Shown here piece after piece: positions 51,953 to 63,561 of a stretch of DNA of 64,000 bases. The DNA comes from Gemmatimonadaceae bacterium. Its GTDB lineage: Bacteria > Gemmatimonadota > Gemmatimonadetes > Gemmatimonadales > Gemmatimonadaceae. Position numbers and translations under genes: made by a program. The stretch's first letter is position 1, and every line of letters begins with the position of its first letter. Under the pieces are notes generated by a model. That model had not been told where the DNA came from. It ran no database searches and was given only the letters and a program-made list of their open reading frames with translations. The stretch is taken from contig JBBDYC010000019.1 in the NCBI GenBank assembly GCA_040901985.1, positions 111,770 through 175,769 of the forward strand, in the 5' to 3' direction.

Positions 51953-51982
51953 TGACACCTGACACCTGACACCTGACACCTG
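51951..51982 (+). repeat. Tandem heptamer array (CCTGACA)x4 + CCTG, reverse complement of the 51355-51394 array
   Basis: Read directly. Confidence 0.97.
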
Positions 51983-51996
51983 CAGTTGTAGGAGTA

Positions 51997-54057
<2,061 letters not shown>

Positions 54058-54091
54058 AAAGTGGTGGAGTGAAGGTGGGTGAGGTGCTGCG

Positions 54092-54670
54092 TCAGCGATT
54101 GAAGGTGTTCATCACGCGCTCGATCCCCTCGGCCGTCCAAAGCCGCAAGGCGCCTTCCAAGGTTGGCAGGAGCGCACGGACGGTCTCGCGCTCCCCCTTC
54201 CCGAACTCGTCCAGCACATAGTCGGCGAGGTCGCCGACGCCCCGCTCGCGCTGCGGCCCGGTCGGGCCGACCCCGATCCGGAGCCGCGCGTACTCCTGGG
54301 TGTCAAGCGCCTGCTCGATGCTCTTGAGGCCATTGTGCCCGCCCGCCGACCCGCGGGCGCGAAACCGGTAGGTGCCGGTTTCCAACTGCACCTCGTCCGC
54401 GACGACGATGAGGTCCGTCGAGGCCGCCCAAAACGGGCGGCGGAGCCAAGGCCTCAGCACCGCGCCCGAAAGATTCATGTACGTCAACGGCTTGACCACC
54501 CGCATCTTGATCCGGTCGACCGTGCCCGAGGCCGTCATCGCCTCGCCATCCTTGCGCCACGGATCGAGCCGCCACGCCTCGGCGAGGTGGTCGGCCAACC
54601 ACCAGCCCACGTTGTGGCGGGTATCGGCGTACTCCCGCCCGGGGTTGCCCAGACCGAGGATGACCTTCAT
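54092..54670 (-). CDS. pth: Peptidyl-tRNA hydrolase
   Basis: [30 protein letters not shown]. Confidence 0.97.
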   Translation of the reverse strand: MKVILGLGNPGREYADTRHNVGWWLADHLAEAWRLDPWRKDGEAMTASGTVDRIKMRVVKPLTYMNLSGAVLRPWLRRPFWAASTDLIVVADEVQLETGTYRFRARGSAGGHNGLKSIEQALDTQEYARLRIGVGPTGPQRERGVGDLADYVLDEFGKGERETVRALLPTLEGALRLWTAEGIERVMNTFNR

Positions 54671-54706
54671 CGCCGGTTCGACCGCGCCGCGGGCAGGAGG
54701 TCCGGC

Positions 54707-55363
54707 TCAGCTCGCTTCAGCCTCGTCCTCGTCCTTCGCCTTGCGGATCAGCTCAGGCTCGGCCGGCACCGCCTCTTCCGCCTCGGCAACGACCGGCTCC
54801 GCCTCGACCTTCGGCGCGGCGCAGACACAGACCGTCAACTCCGGATCGCTCAGGAGCTCCACGCCCTCGGGGAGCGGCACATCGCTGACGTGGAGCGAAT
54901 GGCCGATCGTCAGCGCCGTGACGTCCACCACGATGTAGTGGGGGATGTTGGACGGATCCACCCGGATCTCGAAGTCGTGCATGATCTGGTCGAGGATGCC
55001 GCCGCCGGTCCGGACGCCCTCGGCGGTGCCGCTGAACTGCAGCGGGACCTTCACCGTGACCTTCTCGCCGGCCACGAGCTCCTGGAAGTCCACGTGGAGG
55101 ATCTGCTTCTTGAACGGGTGGCGCTGGATCTCGCGGATGAGCGTGCGCGCTGTGGCGCCGTCAACAGTCAGCTCGATCACCGTACTCTGGTACGGATTCT
55201 TCTCGAGTAGGAGCTGCAGCTCGTGGGCGTTGAGCGCCAGCGACTGCGGCGCCCGGAGGTGCCCGTAGATCACGGCCGGGACCTGGCCGGCGGCGCGCAG
55301 CTTGCGAGCGACGCCCTTGCCGGTGGCCGAGCGGGTGGATGCGTTGAGATTTGCGGAAGCCAT
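54707..55363 (-). CDS. rplY: 50S ribosomal protein L25/Ctc
   Basis: GKGVARKLR, VPAVIYG, QRHP, HVDF, GVRTGG. Confidence 0.96.
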   Translation of the reverse strand: MASANLNASTRSATGKGVARKLRAAGQVPAVIYGHLRAPQSLALNAHELQLLLEKNPYQSTVIELTVDGATARTLIREIQRHPFKKQILHVDFQELVAGEKVTVKVPLQFSGTAEGVRTGGGILDQIMHDFEIRVDPSNIPHYIVVDVTALTIGHSLHVSDVPLPEGVELLSDPELTVCVCAAPKVEAEPVVAEAEEAVPAEPELIRKAKDEDEAEAS

Positions 55364-55436
55364 GTTCGTATTCTCGTGCTGATGGGATCAAGCGCCGTGC
55401 GGGTTCCCGGTAGGTCCGGCCCGGTGGGTCCAACCT

Positions 55437-56390
55437 TCATTCAAAGAGCGACGACACACTCTGATCCGAGTGCGTAAACCGAATTGCCTTCGCCAGCAGC
55501 TCGCCGACGCTGAGGACCGTGAGCCGGTCGAAGCGGCGTGACTCGGGGATGGCGATCGAGTCCGTGACGGCGACCTCGGTGATCGGCGCCTTGCTGAGCC
55601 GCTCGACGGCGGGGCCGCTCAGCAGGGCGTGGGTCGCGCAGACGTAGACGTCGCGGGCCCCAAGGTCCTTGAGCGCGCGGGCCGCTTCGGAGACCGTGCC
55701 GGCGGTGTCAATCATGTCGTCGGCGAGGAGACAATCGCGTCCCTCCACCTCACCGACCACGTTCACCACCTCGGCCACGTTCGCGGCCGGCCGACGCTTG
55801 TCAATGATCGCCAGCGACCCGTTGAGCCGCTTGGCGAACCCGCGCGCCATCTTGGCCGACCCGACGTCGGGCGCCACGACGACGACATCGTGCAGCTTCT
55901 TCTTGCGATAATGCGCGGTGAAGACCGGTGCCGCATAGAGATGGTCCACCGGGATGTCGAAGAACCCCTGCAGGGCGTGCTGGTGGAAGTCGAGGCCGAG
56001 CACCCGGTCGGCGCCGGCGCGCATCACCATGTTCGCCATCAGCTTCGCGCCGATCGCCACCCGCGGCTGGTCCTTGCGGTCCTGTCGCGCGTAGCCGTAG
56101 TAGGGCATCACGCAGGTGATGCGGGCCGCCGAGGCCCGCCGCGCGGCGTCAATCAGGAGCAGCAGCTCCAGGATGTTCTCGGCCGGCGGGTTGGTGGGCT
56201 GGATGATGAAGACGTCGGCGCCGCGCACATTCTCGTCGAGCCGGACGAAGACCTCGCCGTCGGAGAAGCGTGTCACGGTGGACTTGCTCAGCTCCGCGTC
56301 AAGCGACTTCGCGATCGCTTCGGCCAGCCCACGGTTCGCGTTGCCCGTGAGCAACCGATAACCGTGCAGAGGGACCGCGAGTCCGTCCAT
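55437..56390 (-). CDS. prs: Ribose-phosphate pyrophosphokinase
   Basis: [30 protein letters not shown]. Confidence 0.97.
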   Translation of the reverse strand: MDGLAVPLHGYRLLTGNANRGLAEAIAKSLDAELSKSTVTRFSDGEVFVRLDENVRGADVFIIQPTNPPAENILELLLLIDAARRASAARITCVMPYYGYARQDRKDQPRVAIGAKLMANMVMRAGADRVLGLDFHQHALQGFFDIPVDHLYAAPVFTAHYRKKKLHDVVVVAPDVGSAKMARGFAKRLNGSLAIIDKRRPAANVAEVVNVVGEVEGRDCLLADDMIDTAGTVSEAARALKDLGARDVYVCATHALLSGPAVERLSKAPITEVAVTDSIAIPESRRFDRLTVLSVGELLAKAIRFTHSDQSVSSLFE

Positions 56391-56535
56391 TGGGAAGTCG
56401 TGTAAGGGTAACGCGAGACTGGAGATAGCCCGGTCGGCCGGGAGCCGGGCCAAGGGCGTCGGGAGAGCCCCGAAAGATATTCCGAAATGCCGGGGAATGG
56501 CAGGGGGCACCCACACCACGGTATTCTGTCGGGAT

Positions 56536-57435
56536 ATGAAAGGGATCCTCCTCGCCGGGGGCTCGGGCACGCGGCTCTTCCCGATGACCCGGGTCGTGTC
56601 GAAGCAGCTCCTCCCGGTCTACGACAAGCCGCTCGTCTACTATCCGCTGAGCACGCTGATGCTCGCGGGGATTCGCGACATTCTCCTCATCAGCACCCCC
56701 GACGACCTGCCGCGCTTCGAGGCGTTGCTCGGCGACGGGAGCGCGTGGGGAATCACCCTGCGCTACGCCGCGCAGCCGGCGCCGGAGGGCCTCGCGCAGG
56801 CGTTCGTGATCGGCCGCGACTTCGTCGGGCGCGACCCGGTGGCGCTCATCCTCGGCGACAATCTCTTCTTCGGCGCCGGACTGCCGAGCCAGCTTCGCGT
56901 GGCGCGCGCGCGCGCCGAAGGGGCGTCGGGGGCCGGTGGGGCGACTGGAGCCACGATCTTCGGATACCGGGTCGGGAATCCGGAGCGGTACGGCGTGGTC
57001 GAGGTGGACAAGGCAGGGGCGGTACGGTCGATCGAGGAGAAGCCCCGCACGCCGCGGTCGTCCCTGGCGGTCACTGGGCTCTACTTCTATGACAACCGGG
57101 TGCTCCAGATCGCCGCGGGGCTGGGGAAATCGGCTCGCGGCGAGTACGAGATCACCGACGTCAACAACGCGTACCTGGCCGACGGGACGTTGCGGCTTGA
57201 GGTGCTGGGCCGCGGCATGGCCTGGCTTGACACGGGTACGGTCGGCGCCCTGCAGGAGGCGGCGCGGTTCGTCGAGGCGATCGAGACGCGCCAGGGGCTC
57301 AAGATCTCGTGTCCGGAGGAGATCGCCTACCGCCTAGGCTACATCGGGCGCGCGCAGCTGCTCGCGCTCGCGGCGCCTCTCGGCCCCAGCGAGTACGGGG
57401 CATACCTTCGTCGCGTGGCCGAGGAGGCGGAGTGA
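56536..57435 (+). CDS. rfbA: Glucose-1-phosphate thymidylyltransferase
   Basis: [42 protein letters not shown]. Confidence 0.96.
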   Translation: MKGILLAGGSGTRLFPMTRVVSKQLLPVYDKPLVYYPLSTLMLAGIRDILLISTPDDLPRFEALLGDGSAWGITLRYAAQPAPEGLAQAFVIGRDFVGRDPVALILGDNLFFGAGLPSQLRVARARAEGASGAGGATGATIFGYRVGNPERYGVVEVDKAGAVRSIEEKPRTPRSSLAVTGLYFYDNRVLQIAAGLGKSARGEYEITDVNNAYLADGTLRLEVLGRGMAWLDTGTVGALQEAARFVEAIETRQGLKISCPEEIAYRLGYIGRAQLLALAAPLGPSEYGAYLRRVAEEAE

Positions 57436-58538
57436 GCGCGCGCGGCGGGACGACGCGTCCGGTGCCGGAGGTGGTGCTGGTGACAGGGGGCGCCGGCTTC
57501 ATCGGGGCGAATGCGGTGGGCTGGCTCCTCCGTCAACAGCCGACGGTGCGCGTGATCACGTACGATGCGATGACCTACGCGGCGCATCCCGAGACCCTGC
57601 CGATGGTCACCGCGGGCGCGGCGGACCGGCATCACCTGGTCCGCGCCGACGTGCGGGACCGCGAGGCGCTCTCCGCGGTCCTCGGCGGCACGGCGCGCGA
57701 CGGCGCGGGACGCGCGGTCCCGGTGCCGGACACGGTCTGGCACCTCGCCGCCGAATCACACGTGGACCGCTCGATCCTCGGGCCCGATGCCTTCGTCGAG
57801 ACGAACATCGTCGGCACCGAGCGGCTGCTCGAGGCGATGCGCCGTGCGCGGGGCGTCGGCCACCGGCCACTGCGCCTCGTGCACGTGAGCACCGATGAGG
57901 TCTACGGGTCGCTGGAGCCGCTCGACGCGCCGTTCACGGAAGCGCGGGCGCTGGCGCCGAGTTCGCCGTACGCGGCGAGCAAGGCGGCGGCGGACCTGCT
58001 GGTGCAGGCGTGGGCGCGCACGTACGGCCTCGACGCCGTGATCACGCGCTGCTCGAACAACTACGGACCGTTCCAGTTCCCGGAGAAGCTCCTGCCGCTG
58101 ATGGTCACGCGCGCGCTGGCCGGCGAACCGCTCCCGGTCTACGGCGATGGCCGGCAGGTGCGGGACTGGCTGCACGCCGAGGACCACGTCGCGGCGCTCT
58201 GGGCCGTCACCTGCCAGGGGGGAAGCGAGGGGCGCGTCTACAACATCGGCGGCAACGCCGAACGCGAGAACCTCGCGATCGTCCGGGCTGTGCTGCGCGC
58301 CCTGGGCAAGGACGAGTCGCTGATCGCCCACGTGCGCGACCGGCCGGCGCACGACCGGCGGTACGCGATGGACGCCAGCCGGCTGCGCGCCGAGACCGAC
58401 TGGCGCCCGCGCATCGCGCTCGACGACGGGCTCGCCGCGACAGTCGAGTGGTACGTGACCCACGAGCCGTGGTGGCGCGCGGTGCAGCGGGAGTCGGCGG
58501 TGGCCGCCGAGGCGCTCTACCTCGGGACGAAGGCGTGA
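57432..58538 (+). CDS. rfbB: dTDP-glucose 4,6-dehydratase
   Basis: [38 protein letters not shown]. Confidence 0.96.
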   Translation: MSARGGTTRPVPEVVLVTGGAGFIGANAVGWLLRQQPTVRVITYDAMTYAAHPETLPMVTAGAADRHHLVRADVRDREALSAVLGGTARDGAGRAVPVPDTVWHLAAESHVDRSILGPDAFVETNIVGTERLLEAMRRARGVGHRPLRLVHVSTDEVYGSLEPLDAPFTEARALAPSSPYAASKAAADLLVQAWARTYGLDAVITRCSNNYGPFQFPEKLLPLMVTRALAGEPLPVYGDGRQVRDWLHAEDHVAALWAVTCQGGSEGRVYNIGGNAERENLAIVRAVLRALGKDESLIAHVRDRPAHDRRYAMDASRLRAETDWRPRIALDDGLAATVEWYVTHEPWWRAVQRESAVAAEALYLGTKA

Positions 58539-59389
58539 AGGTCCTCGCGATCGGTGCCCACGGGCTGCTCGGCACCGCCTTCCGCGACACGGCGCCGACG
58601 GACGTGACGCTGATTGCGCCGCCGCACCGCGAGCTCGACCTGACCGACGCCGACGCGGTGGCGCGCGCGCTCGACCAGGCCGAGCCGGCGTGGGTGGTGA
58701 ACTGCGCGGCGTTCACGGCCGTGGACGCGGCGGAGCAGGATCCGGAGGCGGCGGCGCGCCTGAACGCCGACGCGGTCGGGGCGCTCGGCCGCCTCGCCGC
58801 CGCGCGCGGCGTGCGGGTCCTCCTTCCCGGGACGGACTATTTGTTTGCCGGCGAGTCCACGCGCCCGTATCGTGAGGACGACCTACCGCAGCCGCGTTCG
58901 GTCTACGCGCGCACGAAGTGGGAGGGGGAACAGCTCCTGCAGGCGAGCGGCGCTCGCGCGCTCATCGTGCGCAGCGGATGGCTGTTCGGTCGCGGGGGGC
59001 GGAACTTCCCGGCGACGATGTGGGCCCGCGCGCGCGCACACACGCCCTCGGCGGTGGTGGACGACCAGCGGGGCGCGCCGACCGCGGCGCTCGACCTCGC
59101 CGAATGGTGTTGGCGCCTGATTGGACGCGGCGACGACGGCGTGGTGCACGCGACCAACGCCGGGTCGGCGACCTGGTTCGAGGTGGCGCAGGCGGCGTAC
59201 GCGGCGGCCGCGTGGCCCGAGGGCGTGACCGTCACGACCACCGCCGCCTTCGGTGCCCGCGCCAACCGCCCGCGCTACAGCGTGCTCGACTGCTCGCGCT
59301 TCGACGAGCGGTGCCCGGGCGGTCGTCGCGACTGGCGCGAGGCGCTCGCGCAGTACCTCGGGACGCTCGGCGCGGAGCGGGCGGCGTGA
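58535..59389 (+). CDS. rfbD: dTDP-4-dehydrorhamnose reductase
   Basis: GAHGLLG, NCAAFTAVDAAE, TDYLF, YARTK, VDDQRGAPT, RPRYSVLD. Confidence 0.94.
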   Translation: MKVLAIGAHGLLGTAFRDTAPTDVTLIAPPHRELDLTDADAVARALDQAEPAWVVNCAAFTAVDAAEQDPEAAARLNADAVGALGRLAAARGVRVLLPGTDYLFAGESTRPYREDDLPQPRSVYARTKWEGEQLLQASGARALIVRSGWLFGRGGRNFPATMWARARAHTPSAVVDDQRGAPTAALDLAEWCWRLIGRGDDGVVHATNAGSATWFEVAQAAYAAAAWPEGVTVTTTAAFGARANRPRYSVLDCSRFDERCPGGRRDWREALAQYLGTLGAERAA

Positions 59390-59958
59390 GCGCCGACATC
59401 CGGATCGAGCCGACGGAGATCCCCGACTGCGTCATCGCGCACGTCGCGGCGCATCCCGACGCCCGCGGCTCGTTTCGCGAACTCTTTCGTGCCGATCGGT
59501 TTGCCGCCGCCGGCCTGCCGGCGACGATTGCGCAGGTGAACCACTCGCGCTCGGCCCGTGGCGTGGTCCGGGGCCTGCATTTCCAGTGGGAGCCGCCGAT
59601 GGCCAAGCTGATGCGGGTCGGGCGCGGCGCTGCCTTCCTCGTGGCGGTGGACATCCGCCGCGGCTCACCGACCTGCGGTCGCGCCGTCTGGCGCACCGTC
59701 ACCGCCGGCGCCGACCTCTGGCTCGTCGCGCCGGCCGGATTCGCCCGCGGCCTTCAGGCGCTGGAGGACGCGACCGAAGTCGAGTACCTCTGCACGGCGC
59801 CGTACGCGCCGGCACACGAGGGGGGGATCCGATGGGACGACCCGGCGCTCGCGATCCCGTGGCCGATCCCGGACGCGATCCTCTCGCCGAAAGATCGCTC
59901 GGCGCCGACGCTCAGCGAGTGGCTGGCGGGTCCGACGGGCGGCGTCTTCGCGGTCTAG
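59386..59958 (+). CDS. rfbC: dTDP-4-dehydrorhamnose 3,5-epimerase
   Basis: DARGSFRE, NHSRS, RGLHFQ, VDIRRGSPT, GIRWDDP, LSPKD. Confidence 0.95.
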   Translation: MSADIRIEPTEIPDCVIAHVAAHPDARGSFRELFRADRFAAAGLPATIAQVNHSRSARGVVRGLHFQWEPPMAKLMRVGRGAAFLVAVDIRRGSPTCGRAVWRTVTAGADLWLVAPAGFARGLQALEDATEVEYLCTAPYAPAHEGGIRWDDPALAIPWPIPDAILSPKDRSAPTLSEWLAGPTGGVFAV

Positions 59959-60029
59959 TTGCCCCTGGTGGATTCGAACCACCATTCTCGCATCCAAAGT
60001 GCGATGTCCTGCCATTGGACGAAGGGGCA
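59959..60029 (-). tRNA. tRNA-Gln (TTG), CCA not encoded
   Basis: TGCCCCT-TC-GTCC AATGGCA GGAC-A-TCGCA CTTTGGA TGCGA-GAAT-GGTGG TTCGAAT CCACC-AGGGGCA-A cloverleaf. Confidence 0.96.
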
Positions 60030-60070
60030 GCGCTGGCAGGGTGACTGATTCGAAGCTAACGGAGGCCGCA

Positions 60071-60952
60071 TCAGTCGAGCAACCGCACGGCGGCGACGCT
60101 CGTGCAGGTGCGGGTATGGACGACCTGCGCGCCGCTGGGCAACCCAGCGATCTCGGCCGGTGGACGGCGGTCGAAGATCCCGAACACCGACGAGCCGGAC
60201 CCGCTCATCCGGGCAATCCGCGCCCCGGCGCCGCCGAGCGCGCCGACGCACTGCGCAATCTCGGGGTGGCGCGCGCTGACGACGGGCTCGAGGTCGTTTC
60301 CGGCCAGTCTCGCGACCGCGTCCCAGCGGTCGAGGTCGTCAATCGAGAGCGGGGCTGGTGCCGCCAGGGCCGAAGACGCGCGCGACTCGTCGAGCCAGCG
60401 GTAGGCGGCGGCCGTCTCGACGCCAAACGACGGCAGCGTCACCAGCACTTCGCGCGCGGGGAGCGAGCGGAGCGCCAGGATGCGCTCGCCGCGGCCCCAG
60501 GCGATGGCGAGCGCGGCGTCGGTCGCAAGGAACGGCACGTCGGCGCCGACCTGGAAGGCGACCGTGGCGAGCGCCGCCGCGGTCAACGGCGTGGGCGCGA
60601 GGGCGTTGAGGGCGCGCAGGACGGCGCCCGCATCGGCGCTGCCCCCGCCCAGTCCGCTGCCGACCGGGATCCGCTTCTCGACCGTGATCTGGAACCCGGT
60701 CGGCCACCCGCACGCCGCCGCAAAGGCGTCCGCGGCGCGCCAGGCGAGATTCTGTTCCACCGGGACCGACTCGAGCCCCGGACAAACGAGCTCGCGCTTG
60801 CCGGTATCCGTCGCGACGCGGATCGTGTCGGCAAGCTCGATCCGGACAAAGAGCGTCTCGATCTGATGGTAGCCCGATTCCTCGCGCGCAAGGACGCGCA
60901 GGACGACGTTGATCTTGGCTTGCGCCTCGACGCTGGCGGCGGACGCGGTCAT
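60071..60952 (-). CDS. ispE: 4-diphosphocytidyl-2-C-methyl-D-erythritol kinase
   Basis: AKINVVL, GYHQIET, KRIPVGSGLGGGSADA, GADVPF, NDLE, MSGSGS. Confidence 0.95.
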   Translation of the reverse strand: MTASAASVEAQAKINVVLRVLAREESGYHQIETLFVRIELADTIRVATDTGKRELVCPGLESVPVEQNLAWRAADAFAAACGWPTGFQITVEKRIPVGSGLGGGSADAGAVLRALNALAPTPLTAAALATVAFQVGADVPFLATDAALAIAWGRGERILALRSLPAREVLVTLPSFGVETAAAYRWLDESRASSALAAPAPLSIDDLDRWDAVARLAGNDLEPVVSARHPEIAQCVGALGGAGARIARMSGSGSSVFGIFDRRPPAEIAGLPSGAQVVHTRTCTSVAAVRLLD

Positions 60953-61971
60953 GGCGTTGCCGTCGGCGGGGGCGTCACGCCGCCGAGGTCGCGCAACCGC
61001 AGGTCGAGCCGGGCGACGTACCAGACCCCGATGACGGTGATGGGGATGAACGAGAGCAGGTGGAAGCCGATCGCCCAGCTCACCGCGTTGGCCGCCGGGA
61101 TGCCGTAGAGCCCGAGTCCGGCGGTGCCCGCCGCCTCGAAGAGGCCGAAGAATCCCGGCGACGACGGCAGTACGACGCTGATTGCGATCAACCCCTGGAC
61201 GAAGAACGCCGCGGTCAGTGGTGCCGCGATGCCCAGCGCGCGGAAGCCGAGGTAGAACGCCGCGGCGTTGGTGAGCCAGTGGAGGAGCGTCCACCAGAGC
61301 ACCTCGAGCACGAGCCGGGGTTCACGCAGCACGCGCAGCCCGCTCGCAAATCCGGTCAGCAGGGCGTGCACTTTCGTCACGCCGCGTGCCCAGACGGCGC
61401 CGGTGACGCGCTCCGCGACCTGGATGAACGGTTCCGGTTTCAGCACGAGCGCGTAGAGCGCGGCGATCGCGACGGTGAGTGCGAAGCCGGCCGAGACGGC
61501 GATGTTGCCGGCCGTGGCGCCAAGGACGGTGGCGTCGGCGGGGAACCGTGGGTCGAGCGTGGCGGCCACCATCAGCGCCAACACGACGATCCCGTCGAAC
61601 ACGCGGTCCACCACGAGCGAGCCGAAGGCGGCGGTGAACCGGACCTCGGGCCGTTCGCGCGAGAGGACGAAGGCGCGCGCCGGTTCCCCCGCGCGCGCGA
61701 GGAGGACGTTGTTGACCATCATTCCGATTGCTGTGGCGCGCCAGAGCGGGGCCACCGGCAGCCGGCCGACGAGTGGCACGAGGATCGCCTGCCAGCGACG
61801 CGCGCGGAGCGGGAAAATCACGGTGGCGGTGACGGCACTGAGCAGCCAGAGCGGGAGGCTCGACGTCGCAAGGATCCTCCAGACGGCGCGCAGGTCCACG
61901 CCGCGCAGCGTCAGCCAGAGGAGCAGGACACTGAGCGCGATCCCCAGCACCCCGCGCCAGTCAAGGCGCAC
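60949..61971 (-). CDS. Lysylphosphatidylglycerol synthase TM / flippase-like protein (UPF0104)
   Basis: LRARRW, NNVLLARAGE, VVDRVFDG, PSSPGFFGLFE. Confidence 0.88.
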   Translation of the reverse strand: MRLDWRGVLGIALSVLLLWLTLRGVDLRAVWRILATSSLPLWLLSAVTATVIFPLRARRWQAILVPLVGRLPVAPLWRATAIGMMVNNVLLARAGEPARAFVLSRERPEVRFTAAFGSLVVDRVFDGIVVLALMVAATLDPRFPADATVLGATAGNIAVSAGFALTVAIAALYALVLKPEPFIQVAERVTGAVWARGVTKVHALLTGFASGLRVLREPRLVLEVLWWTLLHWLTNAAAFYLGFRALGIAAPLTAAFFVQGLIAISVVLPSSPGFFGLFEAAGTAGLGLYGIPAANAVSWAIGFHLLSFIPITVIGVWYVARLDLRLRDLGGVTPPPTATP

Positions 61972-61976
61972 CGGCG

Positions 61977-63512
61977 TCAGTCCGCCGCTGCGAGCTGCAG
62001 CAGGTCGTACAGTTCGGCGAGGGTCTGTGGGTCCGGCGCGCCGTCCGCCGTCCGCAGCTCCTCGCCGAGCGCAGCGGCCCGGGCGAGCGCATCGCGGCCG
62101 CGGAAGAGGAGCTCGTCAATCGGGATGACATCGTCCTCCGGACCGACGAGGGGCTCGGCGAGATGCTCGGTGGCGAGCGGCGCGAGTCCGTCGAGTCCGG
62201 ACGCGAGGAGTCCGTGGAGGGCGGCGCCGGACAGGGCGGCGCCGGTCGTGGGCCCGCCGGTCGTGGGCCCGCCGGTCGTGGGCCCGCCGGTCGTGGCGGC
62301 GGCGGACGGGGCGCCGCCGGCGACCGTGGCCGTGGAAAGCTCGGCGCTCAATGCACCGAAGGACGCCGTGAGGGAACTCGGCTCGACCTCGGACGCGCTG
62401 AGCAGGGCCGCCGCCCGGTCGAGGACGTCGAGCGTGTGCGCCTCGAGCGCGGCGGCATTTCGCTCGGCGGCGATGAACACGTTGGCTATCTCGGTCGCGC
62501 CGAAACTCTGGGCGGCGCGGGCGATGGCGCGCACGGCGCCCCGCAGTTCGCGGCTCAGGCGCTCCCGCGTCGCGGCATCGGCGGCGCCGCGACCGTCGGC
62601 GACAAGGCGCCGCAGGTGCTCGGCCTGGCTCACCACCTCGAGACGGAACCGGTTGGCAGAGGTGGTCGGCGGATGCGACGCGGACTGGACTGCGCCGCCC
62701 GCGGCGTCGTCGGGGAAGAGGGAGGCGATCGGCACGACGTCGTCGCCGTCCCCCGCGTCGCGGCTCAGCGTGGCGGAGGCGTGGGCGAACTCGCGCACGG
62801 CGACCGAATCCGTCGGGGGCACCCCGCCGTTGCGGATGGCGTCGCCGCCTTCGAGGAGGACGCGGGCGGCGGTGCGGAAGAGCCGTCGCCGTTCGGCGGT
62901 CGCATCCTCGTGCCCGAGTTCGATTGCCTTGGCGGCGGCGTCCACGGCGTCCACGACCTCGCTGAGCGGCGGCAGGTCCTTGAGCGCGGCGACGCCGCGC
63001 AGGGCGCGGACCTTGCCCATCACGTCGCCGAAGCCCTCCCGCGACCCGGGTTGCTCGGCGTACTCGAGGAGTCCGGCGGCCGCGTCGGTGGCCGCGGCGG
63101 CGAGGTAAGCGGCACCGCTCTTGGCCGGCTCGGCGCTGGCGCGCTTCGGCGCGATCCGCTCGAGTTCGGCAATCCGCTCCGCGGCGCGCGCATCCTCGGC
63201 GGGTCCCCAGGTGCGGACGCCGCGGATGAGGATCTTGGCGTCGTCAATCGCGGCGATCGCGACGCCGCGCGACGACGCATCCCAGGCGAGGTCACCGTCG
63301 CGGACGCGCCGGGCGAGCCGCTCGAGGCCGTGGGCGACCTCGGCGACGCCGTTCACCTTGGCCATCGTCGCGCTGCCGCGGAGCGCGCGGATCGTGCGCG
63401 CGAAGGCGTCCGCGTCGGGCGGGGCCGCCGACGCGCGCGACACGAGGGCGTCGAGCTGCTCGACGTACTCGCTGGCCTCCAAGGTGAAGAAATCGAGCAA
63501 TCCGCCCGTCAT
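61977..63512 (-). CDS. Multi-Hpt-like domain protein
   Basis: LDFFTLEASEYVEQL...RALRGSATMA...AHGLE; repeated helical modules. Confidence 0.75.
   Translation of the reverse strand: MTGGLLDFFTLEASEYVEQLDALVSRASAAPPDADAFARTIRALRGSATMAKVNGVAEVAHGLERLARRVRDGDLAWDASSRGVAIAAIDDAKILIRGVRTWGPAEDARAAERIAELERIAPKRASAEPAKSGAAYLAAAATDAAAGLLEYAEQPGSREGFGDVMGKVRALRGVAALKDLPPLSEVVDAVDAAAKAIELGHEDATAERRRLFRTAARVLLEGGDAIRNGGVPPTDSVAVREFAHASATLSRDAGDGDDVVPIASLFPDDAAGGAVQSASHPPTTSANRFRLEVVSQAEHLRRLVADGRGAADAATRERLSRELRGAVRAIARAAQSFGATEIANVFIAAERNAAALEAHTLDVLDRAAALLSASEVEPSSLTASFGALSAELSTATVAGGAPSAAATTGGPTTGGPTTGGPTTGAALSGAALHGLLASGLDGLAPLATEHLAEPLVGPEDDVIPIDELLFRGRDALARAAALGEELRTADGAPDPQTLAELYDLLQLAAAD
62241..62296 (-). 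repeat. 15-nt in-frame tandem repeat (TTGGP) x~3.7
   Basis: gccggtcgtgggccc repeated on the plus strand. Confidence 0.92.
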
Positions 63513-63561
63513 CGCGCCTCCGCGCAGTCCGCGCTAATGGTGGCCGGAAGCACGACCCCGG

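Larger units (their letters stand above)
51355..51982. mobile_element. Putative inserted cassette: four-helix-bundle gene between inverted heptamer arrays
   Basis: Antisense gene inside a minus-strand operon, inverted terminal tandem arrays, lower GC than flanks. No transposase or integrase. Confidence 0.6.

Noticed and set aside
51355..51982. CRISPR array, IS/MITE or complete DGR at the repeat cassette
   Set aside because: The repeats are spacer-less 7-mers. No cas, transposase or reverse transcriptase gene, no TR/VR pair and no clear target-site duplication were seen in the window.
55364..55436. L25 leader RNA upstream of rplY
   Set aside because: The position is plausible, but I could not identify a supporting structure by eye.
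56391..56535. attL/attR duplicate of the tRNA-Gln 3' end and an integrase for the rfb block
   Set aside because: No convincing copy of TTGCCCCTGGTGG and no integrase were found, so it is not called an active island.
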